Assembly (NCBI GenBank): GCA_965113315.1 | Contig: OZ220371.1 | Length of the DNA stretch: 64,000 nt | Reading direction: 5' to 3' (one strand) | Origin: Podarcis vaucheri | Taxonomy: Eukaryota | Shown here: positions 50,374-63,159 of the stretch, one piece after another | Numbering within the stretch: the stretch's first letter is position 1 | Layout of the letters: each line of letters begins with the position of its first letter | Program-made: the position numbers and the translations under genes | Notes under the pieces: generated by a model | Told to the model about the DNA's origin: nothing | Database searches by the model: none | The model's input: only the letters and a program-made list of their open reading frames with translations

Positions 50374-50781
50374 TAGAATTGTAGAGTTGGAAAGGACCCA
50401 ATGGTCTTCTAGTCCAATCCCCTGCAATGCAGGAATCTCAGCTAAAGCATCCATGACAGATGGCCATCCAACCTCTGCTTAAAAACCTCCACAACCTCCT
50501 GGGGGAGACTCTTCCACTGTCGAACAGCTCTTACTGTCAGAAAGGTTTTTTTATATGTTGAGTCAGAATCTCCTTTCTTGTAACTTGAAGCCACTGGTTC
50601 AAAGTCCTACCCTCCAGATCAGGAGGAAACAAGCATGCTCCCTCTTTCATGTGACAACCCTTAAGATATTTGAAGATGGCTATCATATCTCTTCTCAGTC
50701 TCCTATTTTCCAAGCTAAACATACCCAGCTCCTTCAAGCTCTCCTCGTAAGGCTTGGTTTCCAGGTCCTTGATCACCCTTG
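50374..50781 (-). mobile_element. CR1 LINE 3' fragment
   Basis: YEESLKELGMFSLENRRLRRDMIAIFKYLKG is the CR1 ORF2 C-terminus, followed by a CR1 3'UTR. Confidence 0.92.
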
Positions 50782-50860
50782 ATAATTAAGAATAGATCCT
50801 GCAGTGATGGAGAGAAGTGAAATAAATATAATCTCATGTATCCTTATTTTTGTCCCACAG

Positions 50861-50981
50861 ATGTACTGCCTTAGATCGCTTGTCCTCTCCACTTCTGCCT
50901 ACAGCCCGGAACAAGCTGCCACCGATTACATCAGATGCCGCTGAGCAATATCTTTCCGTTCCTGGATCGCAGCTAGGCTTT
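50861..50981 (+). CDS. FAM149A: FAM149A coding exon 11 (121 nt)
   Basis: CTALDRLSSPLLPTARNKLPPITSD...VPGSQLGF; phase 2/0. Confidence 0.92.
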
Positions 50982-52017
50982 GTAAGAAAGAGAGAGAGTC
51001 ATTCTTTGTTTTATGCCATTAGGAATTCGATTGAGAATTTAATAGTATTGTCATTGGAGCACTTTAAATCCTAGAGAAAATCAAGCAAGTACAATTGTTA
51101 GTTGCTGGGCTTGGAAATGATAAAATTAGGTTCCATTCTCCTTCCATCTATGAAGCTTGCTGAGTGGCCTTGTAAAAATCATGCTCTCTCATTCTAACTT
51201 ACAACTTCTACATGAAATCAGCACAACGTAATAACTTTTAATAGTTTCAGCAAAATGTATTTTTCTGTAACTTTTCAAGGATCTTTATTCAATTTGTTGC
51301 TCCACTGACACTGACACATATTGCTTCATTTGTTGCACATAGTTACCACATGATAGTTTGTTTTGTGTTTTAATTGCTTCACTTTTGCACCATATGCTTG
51401 TTCTTTGTTGGCAACTTAGTTAACAGTGTTGTTTAAACAGCTACCCATTTTCCTGTTGGGAAATATCTAGCTTGCATTCCCTGAATTGGAACTACATTGC
51501 CAAATATTACAATGTAGTTTAAGCACTATGGATATAAATTGTCAAAGTAAGTCATAGCAGCCTTAGCATAAGTCAAGCAAACAGCTGTTCCAACCTTGTG
51601 AATGGTAAACTAAGGCCAGAAAAAAGATGGAATTGTTTACTTTTCAACCTCACCACCGATTGAAAAAATAACAAAAACTGCAGGGAGGAGAAGACCCTTG
51701 CTGCCTTCTCTGGGGCTAGTCACCCCACTGCTTCTTCCAGAGATAGATGCAGACAGGAGCTGCAGATCCTTTCTAGCCTTTTTAATTCTGCTTGTATCTG
51801 TCTCTTCTAATCCATTTGAAACCCAGTTGAAAAAGCCTAAGTAAATAGTTTTAGAAGCTCTTTTCTCAGTGTTTCGTGACTAATGGAAAATTAGCTTTTG
51901 GGAAGACAATAAATAATCAGTTGAAAAGCAAAAGCATACTTCTGCTAATAATAATTTACACTTTTCCCAGTGATGGACTTGCTTCTTTTTCTCAACCCTA
52001 CCCCAAACATTTTCCAG

Positions 52018-52146
52018 CATAAAGGAAGGTATCCTCATAGCCGAATTTCCAGCGCGGTACCTGATGGTGCAGAACGGCGGCCACTTAGAGAGCGAACTGT
52101 CATAATAGATCAGTTTTCAAGACCCAATACTACTCACACATTTCGG
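52018..52146 (+). CDS. FAM149A: FAM149A coding exon 12 (129 nt)
   Basis: HKGRYPHSRISSAVPDGAERRPLRERT...SRPNTTHTFR; phase 0/0. Confidence 0.95.
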
Positions 52147-53027
52147 GTAGGTATTTGAAAGCTTTTGAGATTCTTCATAAGAAACTGGAATTGGGGGGCA
52201 GGGGCGGGAATACCTCTCTTTTATTCCCTGTTAAACTGTATTAGATTATTCCTATGTGCTTAGTTGTATGCAGTCTTGCAATTCTGGGAGGAATTATTTC
52301 CTGCCTTCCAGATACCATTCCTTTGATACAAATAAACATCTTCATATTCTCATGCTTTGTAGCCCAAACCATGCTAACCATGCATAACAGAGTTTTTAGC
52401 TGACTTGCGGTTACTCTACACTTTGGGACAACCCTGTTTTACAGGTGCTTAATTTTTTTTAGAAAAAAAGAAAGGACACCACCCCCCAAAAAAACACACC
52501 CCAGCCTCATAAGAAATGACACCAAATGTTGAGAAGCTGTGGTGTTCATGTGGAATGAACACCCTGTTTTGTGGTGTTGGGGGTGGGAGAATGATCCAAA
52601 GCCAGAATATCCCACTTGCAAAGATTTGAATGTTTGCTCACTGTTTAACCACATTATTACCTTTTGTGCTGAACAGGAAAGTGGAATTAGTATTGGACAT
52701 TTTTCAATGCTCCTTGTGGAATAGTTACATCTTCATAGCTCTTTTTCATGTCACGGGCTATATGCACGCTGTATCTTTAACAGACATTCGAAGCACATTT
52801 CCCCTCAAATAATTCTGGGCTCTCTGGTTTGCTAAGGGTTCTTGGGAATTGTTTCTCGGTGGGGGTGTACAACAGTGTTCAGAATTATTTAAAGGAAAGA
52901 ATGTACTCCAAATGAGCTTTAATAAAGCGTGTATGCAGACATAGTCACTGTTTGCCCTTGACTTGTGGCGGGCGGGGGGCGGGGCAGCGAATGCTATAAA
53001 GGGTAAAAATCTGTTTTTCTCTTTCAG

Positions 53028-53106
53028 TCAGATACACCTCATAAAATATCATTGACTCCTATGGATTTTGCTAATCAAATGTGGACAGGTCATGGGGTAT
53101 TGACAG
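53028..53106 (+). CDS. FAM149A: FAM149A coding exon 13 (79 nt)
   Basis: SDTPHKISLTPMDFANQMWTGHGVLT(G); phase 0/1. Confidence 0.94.
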
Positions 53107-53957
53107 GTAAGACCTCTGTTTTATTAAAGAAAAGAAGATTGTAGCACAAGATGCCAATCCCCTCAGAACTGTGATTCTCAGTTTCAGCATATTAGCATTT
53201 GTGGGAGAATGGGGTAAAATGAGCAATAAGCATTGTATTCTACATCACAAGTTGAGCCCAAAAAACAAATGCTGTAAACCATTTTATTCTAGTTTGCCTC
53301 TGTATGAAAGAGGTGCAGCAGCAGGCAAAATTTAGTGGAGCAGCAAGGATGGAGAACCTGTGGATGTTGTTGGACTAAAATTTCCATAATCCTCATCCAT
53401 TGACTATGCTGGCTGGGGATGAGTGAGGTTCCAAGGAACATGTGGTCCCTCCAGATGTTGTTAGACTCTAATAGCATTTGGAAGGACCACATGCTCCCTG
53501 CCCCTTCTTTACTGGATTTATACTAATTTCTATTCCTTGGTACAATCAAGGATTTTTGATAAATTGGCCATAGACTTTCAATAAATTGGTCAATTTTTGC
53601 AAAGCAACTATTTACTTAGTGTTCACTACTGCAGCCTGAGTAAACCCCATTATTCAGTTGGAGCCCCAAGTGAAGATGTTTAGGGTGGCTCTTTTCAAAA
53701 GTTTGTAGCTATACTTAATTCATCTAAGACTAAGTCACTGGTTCTTGTACAGCTGTAGTATTAGCAGAGAGCCAGCAGAGGGCTACCACAGAAATTGGTT
53801 GTTGCTATTTTAAGATCTCATATACTCATCATGTGTATGTGTAGCATGACTGTTCATACCAGGTTACAATACCTCCTAGCCCAAGCATATTCTCCAGAAT
53901 TGTTCTGTTCGTGAAATACACAAGAAATGGAAACTCTTCTTCAGTGTAAAAAGTAAA

Positions 53958-54186
53958 TTAACCGAAAAACGGGCTTCCCCCGTGCCAACCCCGCGGCTAA
54001 GAACAAAGCCGCGCACAGCTTCTCCCGGCTGGAGAGGTTGCGCGTGGCTAAAGAGGAAGCTAAGACAGCTGTCTTGGCTTCTTTGCTCTTTGGGGCTGGG
54101 GGGGGGAATAATTCCCCCCTTATTTCCCCCCCTAAAAACTAGGTGCGCCCTATGGTCCGGTGCGCCCTATGGAGCGAAAAATACGG
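53958..54186 (+). mobile_element. Tc1/mariner MITE family B, truncated (right end only)
   Basis: AAAACTAGGTGCGCCCTATGGTCCGGTGCGCCCTATGGAGCGAAAAATACGG-TA. Confidence 0.75.
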
Positions 54187-55193
54187 TAATAGCAGCATTG
54201 GGGGGACGGGGCATTGGTTCATATCAGCGTTGTGGTTGGGGCTGAAGGATTAAACGTGAACAGTCCCCCTCTGTGTATGTTGTCCTGGTGAAAATCGGGA
54301 TTGCCCATGCCTGCAATTAAAAAAAAAAAAACACCTCTGGTGTGCTTTCTCATGATGCATTGTGTTGTTTGGCCCCTAAGGTTAGAAAGCTAAGGGGGAA
54401 GAGGGGAGAGTTGGCCTGGCTGAAAGATCCTGCACCAATTTGACAGTAGACTAAAATGCAATGATGTGAATGAGGCAGAAACTTGAAGGACTGGGGATTG
54501 CAGAAGATGTGGAATCGAGAAAACAAGTGGCTTAGGAAGAAGGCAGTGCCAACGCTGGGGAAATCCCTCTGGCAGGGATCAAGAAGGGTGTGGATCAGGT
54601 AGTTATCATTAAGAAATTCGTCAAGGTGATTGAAGTCAACCTAATTGATGAACTCACCTAGGGTATTACTTGTCAGGCTGGCAAGCCGCCTCTTTCTCCC
54701 ATTTGCAACACTGGACTTATCCCCAATGAACGTTAATAGAGAGATTGCTCTTGCTATTAGCATGCATAGGGAAAGAAAGGATGCACCCCCAGAAACAGCT
54801 GGTGGGGAATGAAAACTCGCGCACCTCAAACAAGGACTTGTTACCCCAATGGTCCCTAATAGCAAATTTGGCTTCTCTGCTCACAAGCCTTATATGAGGT
54901 TGCAGGCCCTTCCTACCTCTCCTATGCTCTTGCCCCTAATAGGACTGGGTGTCAGTCCAAAATCAAAAACACATCCCTGCTCTGTCTGAAATAGTTGATC
55001 TGTACTTAACATATTATTGGCTTCAACTTGTGTATTTTTCGATCAGCTTCCTGTGACACTACTGTTCCCATTTTACTGATAGGAAAACTAGGAGAGGTTA
55101 CTCACCAAAAGAATTTGAGCATGAACCCTTTTGTTTCAAATGCACTGTATCCACTTGACCCTCAATATTACCTACTAATGTTTTTGCTTGCAG

Positions 55194-55267
55194 GTTCACA
55201 GTTCCATGCCAAATCATTCCAGAGAAATCCACCTGTATCTAGAAGAAGATTTCAAGTTGCTTCATAA
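55194..55267 (+). CDS. FAM149A: FAM149A coding exon 14 (stop TAA)
   Basis: (G)SQFHAKSFQRNPPVSRRRFQVAS*. All 14 exons join in frame to 2175 nt, 724 aa. Confidence 0.94.
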
Positions 55268-56833
55268 CATATAGCAGAAGGCAAAAACAACCAACCAACC
55301 AACCAACCTGATCTGTACTTTATGGGACTCTGCAATACTCCCAACTATATTATCAGAAGGGATGGCATTCCAGTATTGTAGTTTTGTGCCTTAGTGTTCT
55401 GTGTCTCTGCATACAGCCAGCTTGGAAATTGTTTCACCAAAGACTCGTTAGCAAGCGCATCAAGACAGTGGCATATATCTGGAAAACAGAATATGAATTG
55501 GTGCCAATTTTTTTCTAAAGGCAGAAGTCAAGTTTAAAAGAAAGTGCCTTCCTGGTTCTGTTCTGTTCTGTGTTTGTTTGTTTGCTTGCTTGCTTGCTTG
55601 TGGACCAGGTACAAGTAGAGCTGAGCCAAATTGTCATTAGCTTTCCTTTTCTTTTTCTGTAGCGAACAAGGGAAGCTTTCATAAAGCAGCTAAACAAATT
55701 GCACAAAATTTAAATAGTTTCCCTGTTTTTCATCAAAGTTCTGGGGCTCAGGGAGAACTGTGTAAAAGCCCCCAGAGGCTGGTCTTTAATTATCTGAGCT
55801 AGCCCACAGAACTATGAAGCCTTGGGAGGAAGGGTACTCTTTTCACAGAGAAGCATGCTAAGGAATTTGAGCTAGACTTTGCCTCGGTTCTTTTGGTGGA
55901 GCTTCTGTGATCTTGGTCAGACAAGTTTGGTTGGGGGGGGGGGTTGCACAGGCATTAAAACAACTTAGAGCCATTAAAACAAACCTTAGCAGGGCTTTCA
56001 CACATTTCCTTCTAATGAAATTTTGAGGAAGCAAACACTGCAAAAACCAGGAATTGTTTCCGCAGGAATGAAAGTGACACCAAAACAGTTGGAGTTGGTT
56101 TTAGCTCAGCTGTAGTAATGCAGTCTACAAACCCTTGAAGAGTATGATAATCAGATTTAATTCCTGGACTCTTTTTGTTATGGTTCCATAAGAAAAATCT
56201 ATCCCTTCTCTCTGGTTTAGCTTGGGCAATCTCTAAAATTAATTTTGGAAGTGAAGTAGGCACACGTTGCTGCAGTTTGGGTTCAAATATTTTCTTCATG
56301 CACAAACTTAGCTAATGCACATTGATTAAACACCCTGAAAAAACAAATATTGATGCAATCCCATCAAGATCCTTTTTGTGCAATTGCATTAAGAACCTTT
56401 GGCCATATATTACTGTTGCATAGACACAATATATTATTCTGAAATCAATGGAGATTTGAGTACTTGTTTATTCTATGTGGTCTACACATAATCTAGATAT
56501 TTTGCATATTTTTGCTCCCCACCCAAAAGCACTTTTTGAGAAACTTAGTTTCATTCTGAAAATAGAAGTCATTGTATATTTCTTGTGCATTACTCCACAG
56601 TGTGTCCATTTGAAGCCAGAGGTACCCACACCTGCCCAATGACATGGTAGGGCATATATACCAAGAGAGCAATAACTTATTCCTTCCTTCTCCATTCACC
56701 TGGGGCATGTAAAGGGATGAAAATGTATGGATAACCTAACATAAGCAAGAGGAGGGTTTTCAAATGTGTATCAAGTAGCCACTCCTACCCTGGTGAATCT
56801 GGAGATTCAGTAGACTCTGGAATTAATCTAGAT

Positions 56834-56970
56834 CAGGCACCCCCAACCTGCGGCCCTCCAGATGTTTTGTCCTACAACTCCCATGATCCCTAGCTAACAG
56901 GACCAGTGGTCAGGGATGATGGGAATTGTAGTCCAAAACCATCTGGAGGGCCGAAGGTTGGGGATGCCTG
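56834..56970. mobile_element. Small palindromic hAT MITE
   Basis: CAGGCA.CCCCAACCT.CGGCCCTCCAGATG with matching inverted arm; TSD ATCTAGAT/ATCTAGAC. Degenerate relatives at about 53340-53500 and 61255-61370. Confidence 0.88.
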
Positions 56971-58278
56971 ATCTAGACAGAAAGCAGCATGTTGGGGGCA
57001 AACATGAATGCTTCTAGATTGAGAAAAACAAATGGGTTAGTGTGCATGCACACTGCATAAAGGTACCTTGATTTCGTTTTGCATCATTTTAATAAGTTCC
57101 CCTATACCCTAATTCACATAGTTAATATGTAAAATAATCAAAAATATGAAAACCGGTAAAGTACATATATTGTGGTGTAAACTAACTGTGGAAATCAAAA
57201 CGGAAGAATTGCAAAGTTATTTCTATGTTAATGTATGTATCTTTATATTTTTAATCATACGTTATTTGTTGTTGATTACCATTGTTGCATCTTCCTACCT
57301 TCTCTTTGTTATTAATTTGGCATGTCACCCTGTGAAGGATAATTAGAGGGCTGACCATCACGTATTACCAGTAATTAATACACAAAGCACTGTAAAATAG
57401 CTCAGATGGATTTGTTCTCAGAAAGAATTAGCAGCAAAATTATATCATAGACCCTCATGGACTTAGCCCACTTTCTGGGCTGCAACTGATATTCTGTTTA
57501 TTGAGTTTTTCCTTCCTGAACTTCTTTGATGTCACCTGCTAATGTAAAATGAATTGAATTATTTAGTACTTCAGCAACCCTAATAAAAGTTTGCTTCATG
57601 AGCCAATGAATCTGTAGAAATGTGTACGGAACCATTTTTGAGGACTTGCTATTTTCATTACAGTAGTGATAACTCTTGCGATTTAGCCAAAAGACTAGGC
57701 CCACAAGTTTGTTTGTAGTGTACGCATGGGAAGAAACATTGTTTGTTAAAAATGACTGGCCAACTCACCCACGCAAGTCTTACTTATATAAAATGCATGT
57801 GACTAGATCAGAATGCTTCATTGCTGAGCCCAGGATTAAAATCCGGGTTGCATTCAAACTGTATTAGTGGTCAAGAAAGCTTTTTATAACAGCTTGAGTC
57901 ACATGATTGAAGGAAAGATTTTTGAGCAGTGGTTTTGTCCTTTCCTGCTACTGTCTCCAAGGTATGAGTTAGAACTTGTCCCCATAGCAGATGCTGGTTT
58001 AAAATAAATGTTTAAATAAGCATATCAGTCTTGTTCTCCAGCACATTTATTTTTAAAATGTTCTTGAAAACAAGAGCCACTTTTGTTCAAATACTTTTAT
58101 CCAGCTCCTCCAATAAGAAGTGATTTAATTTTTAAATTGGCAGGACATAATAGCAGCTCTGTGAATTGCTTCCATTTCTTTTGGTCTGAGAGGACTGTAC
58201 TGGGCAATAATTCATTAGCTCTGAAGAGCCTGTAATTCAGTGCTCCATTGAGTGTCTTGCCAAGTGTGCTTTATGTTT

Positions 58279-58660
58279 CTTTTATATATATATAATATTT
58301 ATTCAAAGTTTAAGGTTTCAAAAAGAAAAAAGAACAATACATAATATAAAAAAGAATGCAACAGTAACAGAAAAAGAGAATAAAAGGATATAAAAATACA
58401 TTCAATTAAAAAAAAAGAATTGTTATAGAAAAAAAGAAACAGATTAAACCTTTACATAGCTTTCTTCCTTTACTTATTCCCTTGACCTCCTCACACCTCC
58501 CAATTTTGTATTCTAATTCAAATTTTTTCCCAGCAAATCCTTACAACCTTTTAAATAATTTAATTTAAAATAATATACTTTAACGTCAACTCTTTCATCA
58601 CATTCATCAACTCATTTTTACTTAATCCTTTATCTCATATCTACCAAAACTACCTAATTT
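58279..58660 (-). mobile_element. L1 3'UTR (distal part of the split L1)
   Basis: Minus-strand AATAAA at 58298-58303; GGGAGGTGTGAGGAGGTCAAGGGAATAAG motif; colinear with 20345-20745. Confidence 0.8.
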
Positions 58661-58661
58661 T

Positions 58662-59018
58662 AGAATTCACTGACCTCCAATGAAGCTGAATGTTGAAAGA
58701 TTCGGGATAAAAGAAAATTCTTCTTTACACTATGCAGAGTTAAACTCTGGAACTCTCTGCCACAGGAGACGGTGATGGCCACCAACTTGGATGGCTTTAA
58801 AAGAGGAGGAGACAAATTCATGGAGCAGGAGAGGGCTCTCCGTGGCTTCTGAATCGCAGTTTTTGGAAGCCACAGGAGGTGGGGCGTGTCGCTCTTGGGC
58901 TCCGATATTTCTTGTGGTTTTCCTGAAAGAGACATCTGGTTGTTCACTGCAAGGACAGGATGGTGGACTAGATGGGCCCCTTGGGCCTGATTCAGGAGGC
59001 TCTGCTGATGTTCTTATG
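58662..59018 (+). mobile_element. Older CR1 subfamily 3' fragment
   Basis: TTCTTTACAC...GTTAAACTCTGGAACTCTCTGCCACAGGAG...GATGGCTTTAAAAGAGGA..AGACAAATTCATGGAG, GGACTAGATGGGCC, tail GTTCTTATG. Confidence 0.8.
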
Positions 59019-59196
59019 CAAGAGATCAATCCTTCAGCTTGGCGGCGATTACCTTTGGAACTCCCCACCCATTGAGTGGCGAGGGATTCCCTTCAACCTA
59101 CCTTCTGGGTAGTATTCAACTAAACACATGCACAAGTCAAATGACTCCCAGTTCCTCAATGGAGCTTTCCACCCTTCTCACCCTCACTGGGTGCCC

Positions 59197-59565
59197 CCTG
59201 GAGAAGAGGAGGTTAAGGGGTGATATGATAGCCATGTTCAAATATATAAAAGGATGTCATATAGAGGAGGGAGAAAGGTTGTTTTCTGCTGCTCCAGAGA
59301 AGCGGACACAGAGCAATGGATCCAAACTACAAGAAAGAAGATTCCACCTAAACATTAGGAAGAACTTCCTGACAGTAAGAGCTGTTCGACAGTGGAATTT
59401 GCTGCCAAGGAGTGTGGTGGAGTCTCCTACTTTGGAGGTCTTTAAGCAGAGGCTTGACAACCATATGTCAGGAGTGCTCTGATGGTGTTTCCTGCTTGGC
59501 AGGGGGTTGGACTCGATGGCCCTTGTGGTCTCTTCCAACTCTATGATTCTATGATTCTATGATTC
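59197..59565 (+). mobile_element. Young CR1 LINE 3' fragment
   Basis: Uninterrupted LEKRRLRGDMIAMFKYIKG...RKNFLTVRAVRQWNLLPRSVVESPTLEVFKQRLD and an (ATTCTATG)n tail. Confidence 0.95.
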
Positions 59566-60460
59566 TTTTTCCAACACCTTTCTAACAGTCCTTAATTTTA
59601 CAATATTTTTTGCAGATATACTTTAATTTTTTTCCAATCCTCTTCCACCGACTCTTCTCCTTGGTCCCGGATTCTGCCAGTCATCTCAGCCAGTTCCATA
59701 TAGTCCATCACTTTCGTCTGCCATTCTTCTCGGGTGGGTAATTCTTGTGTCTTCCAGTACTTTCCGATGAGTATTCTTGCTGTTGTTGTGGCGTACATAA
59801 AAAAGGTTCTATCCTCCCTTCGCACCAATTGGCCGACCATGCCCAGGAGGAAAGCCTCTGGTTTCTTCTGGAAGGTATATTGGTTTTAGGATCTAACAAT
59901 TCTGTTTCCAATTTTTACTTTTCCACCTGAAAACCAATTTTCTTATCTAAATTATAAACCTCCCTTATTTGATAGTAATGAAGCCAGTCTCGTACTTTAG
60001 TTTTTAAATCGTCATAGCTCAGCAGCTTTAATCTATCTCCGTCTTGTTCTAAAATTTCCCAGTATTTTGGCCAGTTTGTCTCCATATTAATTTTTTTCAG
60101 AGCCTTGGCCTCCATTGGTGACAACCACCTTGGTGTTTTACTTTCCAACAAATCATTATATCTCACCGAGACATTAAACAATGCTTTCCTAACAATATGG
60201 TTTTTAAAAGCTTTGTGTGCTTTGACCTTATCATACCACAGATATGCATGCCATCCAAAAACATTATTAAAACCTTCTAAGTCCAAGACATCCGTGTTTT
60301 CAAGAAGCAGCCAGTCTTTCAGCCAACAAAATGCGGCTGATTCATAATAAAGTTTGAGGTCTGGCAGTGCAAATCCCCCTCTTTCTTTAGCATCAGTTAA
60401 AATCTTAAATTTTATTCGAGGTTTCTTGCCCTGCCAGACAAATCTCGAGATATCTCTCTT
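59566..60460 (-). mobile_element. L1 ORF2 C-terminal fragment (5'-truncated, probably internally deleted)
   Basis: DISRFVWQGKKPRIKFKILTDAKERGGFALPDLKLYYESAAFCWL and YATTTARILIGKYWK...LAEMTGRIRDQGEESVEEDWKK. No CCHC knuckle is seen between the two blocks. Confidence 0.9.
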
Positions 60461-60545
60461 GATCTCCTTACTGGAAATTTTGAAGGGGGCTGAACAAACT
60501 GCCATTCTATTTCACCTGCAGAGCATGCTTTCTTCAAATGCTGTA

Positions 60546-60788
60546 CAGTGGTACCGTGGGTTACATACACTTCAGGTTACATATGCTTCAGGTTACAGAC
60601 TTCGCTAACCCAGAAATAGTACCTTGGGTTAAGAACTTTGCTTCAGGATGAGAACAGAAATTGTGCTCCGGCGGCACAGCAGCAGTAGGAGGCCCCATTA
60701 GCTAAAGTGATGCTTCAGGTTAAGAACAGTTTCAGGTTAAGAACTGACATCCGGAATGAATTAGAGTACTTAACCTGAGGTACCACTC
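60546..60788. mobile_element. Tigger/pogo-like MITE, family A
   Basis: Similar to 47093-47335; TA TSD. Confidence 0.9.
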
Positions 60789-62703
60789 TATTTGAAGAAC
60801 AAATAACAACTCCATTAAACTATATCGGAGTTGGAAAGGCAAGGAAATGGATGAGAAATGTATTTGCAGGATGCGGGGCGGGTATTCAAAATGTATTTGT
60901 GGCTGTATAACTGGAGAAGGCAAAGTTTGCCTATCTGCAAACTGTTTTCTTAACTGAGAAAGAAACTGGAAATGCTGAAAAGGCAGCTTTATCTCTAAAT
61001 TCGGGGAGCAGTCTGGTTGCAGCAGCAATAGCCTGTGACTTGCATGTTAATCATACTCTGCCTTTTTTGGGAGGCTCTAGAAAAATGAGGGAAATATCAA
61101 ATGCACAAAACAGTGAGATGACAAAGGCAGTGTATTAGAGGGGCGTCTGCTGCTACTGTGCACAAAAGCCACTCCAACTCTACTCCTTTTTTTAATTTTC
61201 TGTCTCCTAAAATGCAAGGCAAGCTGTCTTGATAATCACTGGAATAAAGTTACACCAGGGGCAGCCTTCCAGATGCTATTTGGACTAAACATTGGCCATG
61301 CTGGCTAGGGATGATGTAAGTTGTAGTCCTACAGGATCTAGAGGCCAACCATGTGGGATACCCATCCTGGTTATACTTACAAGATCTATAGCTGCTTTTC
61401 TCCCTACCATTGTCTGAACACTTAAAAGGGCTCACAGTCTCCCATCTGTATGCAGAGAAATGTATGCAAGGCATTCACTGCCCTTGATAGTTCTGTTTGG
61501 TTGTTTATATCTTGCCTAGGTTTTCAGAAGACGCCCTAGTGAGCAGAAGTATGGGAGAAAAGCACCTCTTTCACCTTGGAGTTGAGCTGGAAAAATTCAG
61601 GAGTCATCTTATTGTTGATAGGATGTCTTGGCTGTCATGAATCATCGGTCTTTCTTCTCTCTCCCCACCCCCATTGATAAAGACTGTCACAACTGAAGAT
61701 GAAAAGTTATGCCAACTGCACTAATGCCATGATCTACAACAATAAACGACAGAAAATTTCAGATTCGTCCCCATTGTTACAGGACTAATTATTTGTTAAT
61801 ATCCAATGTCATATGTGCTGGTGTCCATTATGAGTTTGTGAAATTTAATTCCATAGTTTAACATTGTCATTTTTGGAGTTTTGTTTGTTTGTCCTGAAGG
61901 CACTACTAATTAATTTCACCACCTGATCCCAAGTACCAGTGTTTTTGGGGAAGAAGGAGTGGGACAGAATAATGTATCCCACTTTGTTCAGTCAATGGTG
62001 CATATCAGGGTTGTTGTTGTTGTTTTTGGTGCAGCAACAACTCTTCACGCGCTGAGCACATCATACATTTTATGTCTGTATACCTTTCATATGGGAGAGA
62101 CCAGAGTTTAGACTGCACAAGTGTTCTGTGTGCTTTATGTGGAAATTGGACAAGCTAAACTGCCAGAGCTTTCCAACCTTTTTTTGGACAAGTGGGCACA
62201 TTTCAAATGCTCTGAGAGCTGGGGGAGACAGTCAGAAAATGGCTGCCGTGGGTTGCTTGGCATAACACAAAAGGTGAGATAGTACAGTCAATTACTAGTT
62301 CTCCTCTGACTGACCCAACCAAAAACCTCAGGCTTACCATGGCAAGTCAGCTATAACCCGCTGCTCCTGAGCTTGGAGATGCAGCTGTTTAAAGCACAAG
62401 AACTCTGTTTTCCCCAATGTCAATTCTCAACTGAATCCTAGGCTGCTAGCCTGTACCCACTTAGCTGAGAATAAGCCCCATTAAACCCAAAGAGACTTCT
62501 GAAGTAGACATGTATACCACAGTTCTGTAAGATAACTATATGGTGAATTCTTAATGATGTCCAGGCGGACATCGGCTGCTGCACAACAGGAGACGTACCT
62601 AAGCCTTTGCACTTTACACATTTACACATTTCACATTTATCATTCTGGCACTTGCTGTGTAATAGTGTTTGCAAAGGTTATTGCAGAAAATACCGTATTT
62701 TTC

Positions 62704-63156
62704 TTTTTTCTTTTTTCTTTTTTCTAATTTTAAAAATAAATTTTATTTCCGATATACACTCTTTTAAAATCACAAACTTACCAAAAAGAAAAAACACAAA
62801 AAATAAACAAATATAGACAGTAAAACATCAAGACGTAAATACATTTTTCCAAAAGTACTAATTATCATATCGTCATTCTGACTTCCCTCCACCACGATTT
62901 AAGCTATATCACATTAATAACCTTCTTGCAGTTCCTTCTTTCAACTTTTGTCTTTACTTCGCAGATTCTATAGTTCACCTACTGTTATTTTAATATTACC
63001 TAAGTTTTTTTCCATGTATGATATAAATTTATTCCAATCATTAATAAAGTTTTTATTACTCTGGTGCCTAATCTTCTGAGTCATTTTTGCCAACTCAGAG
63101 TACTCAAATAGCTTGTTTTGCCATTCACTAATAGTTGGTATTTTAGATTATTTCCT
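62704..63156 (-). mobile_element. 5'-truncated L1 3' end inserted into a MITE TIR
   Basis: T-rich tail at 62704-62724, minus-strand AATAAA near 62742, ORF2-end remnant (EYSELAKMTQKIR); 14-bp TSD ATACCGTATTTTTC (62690-62703 / 63157-63170). Confidence 0.87.
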
Positions 63157-63159
63157 ATA

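Noticed and set aside
51961-52017. Upstream acceptor CTTTTCCCAG (51970) for FAM149A exon 12
   Set aside because: Phase-0 use gives an immediate TGA; the acceptor at 52017 restores homology.
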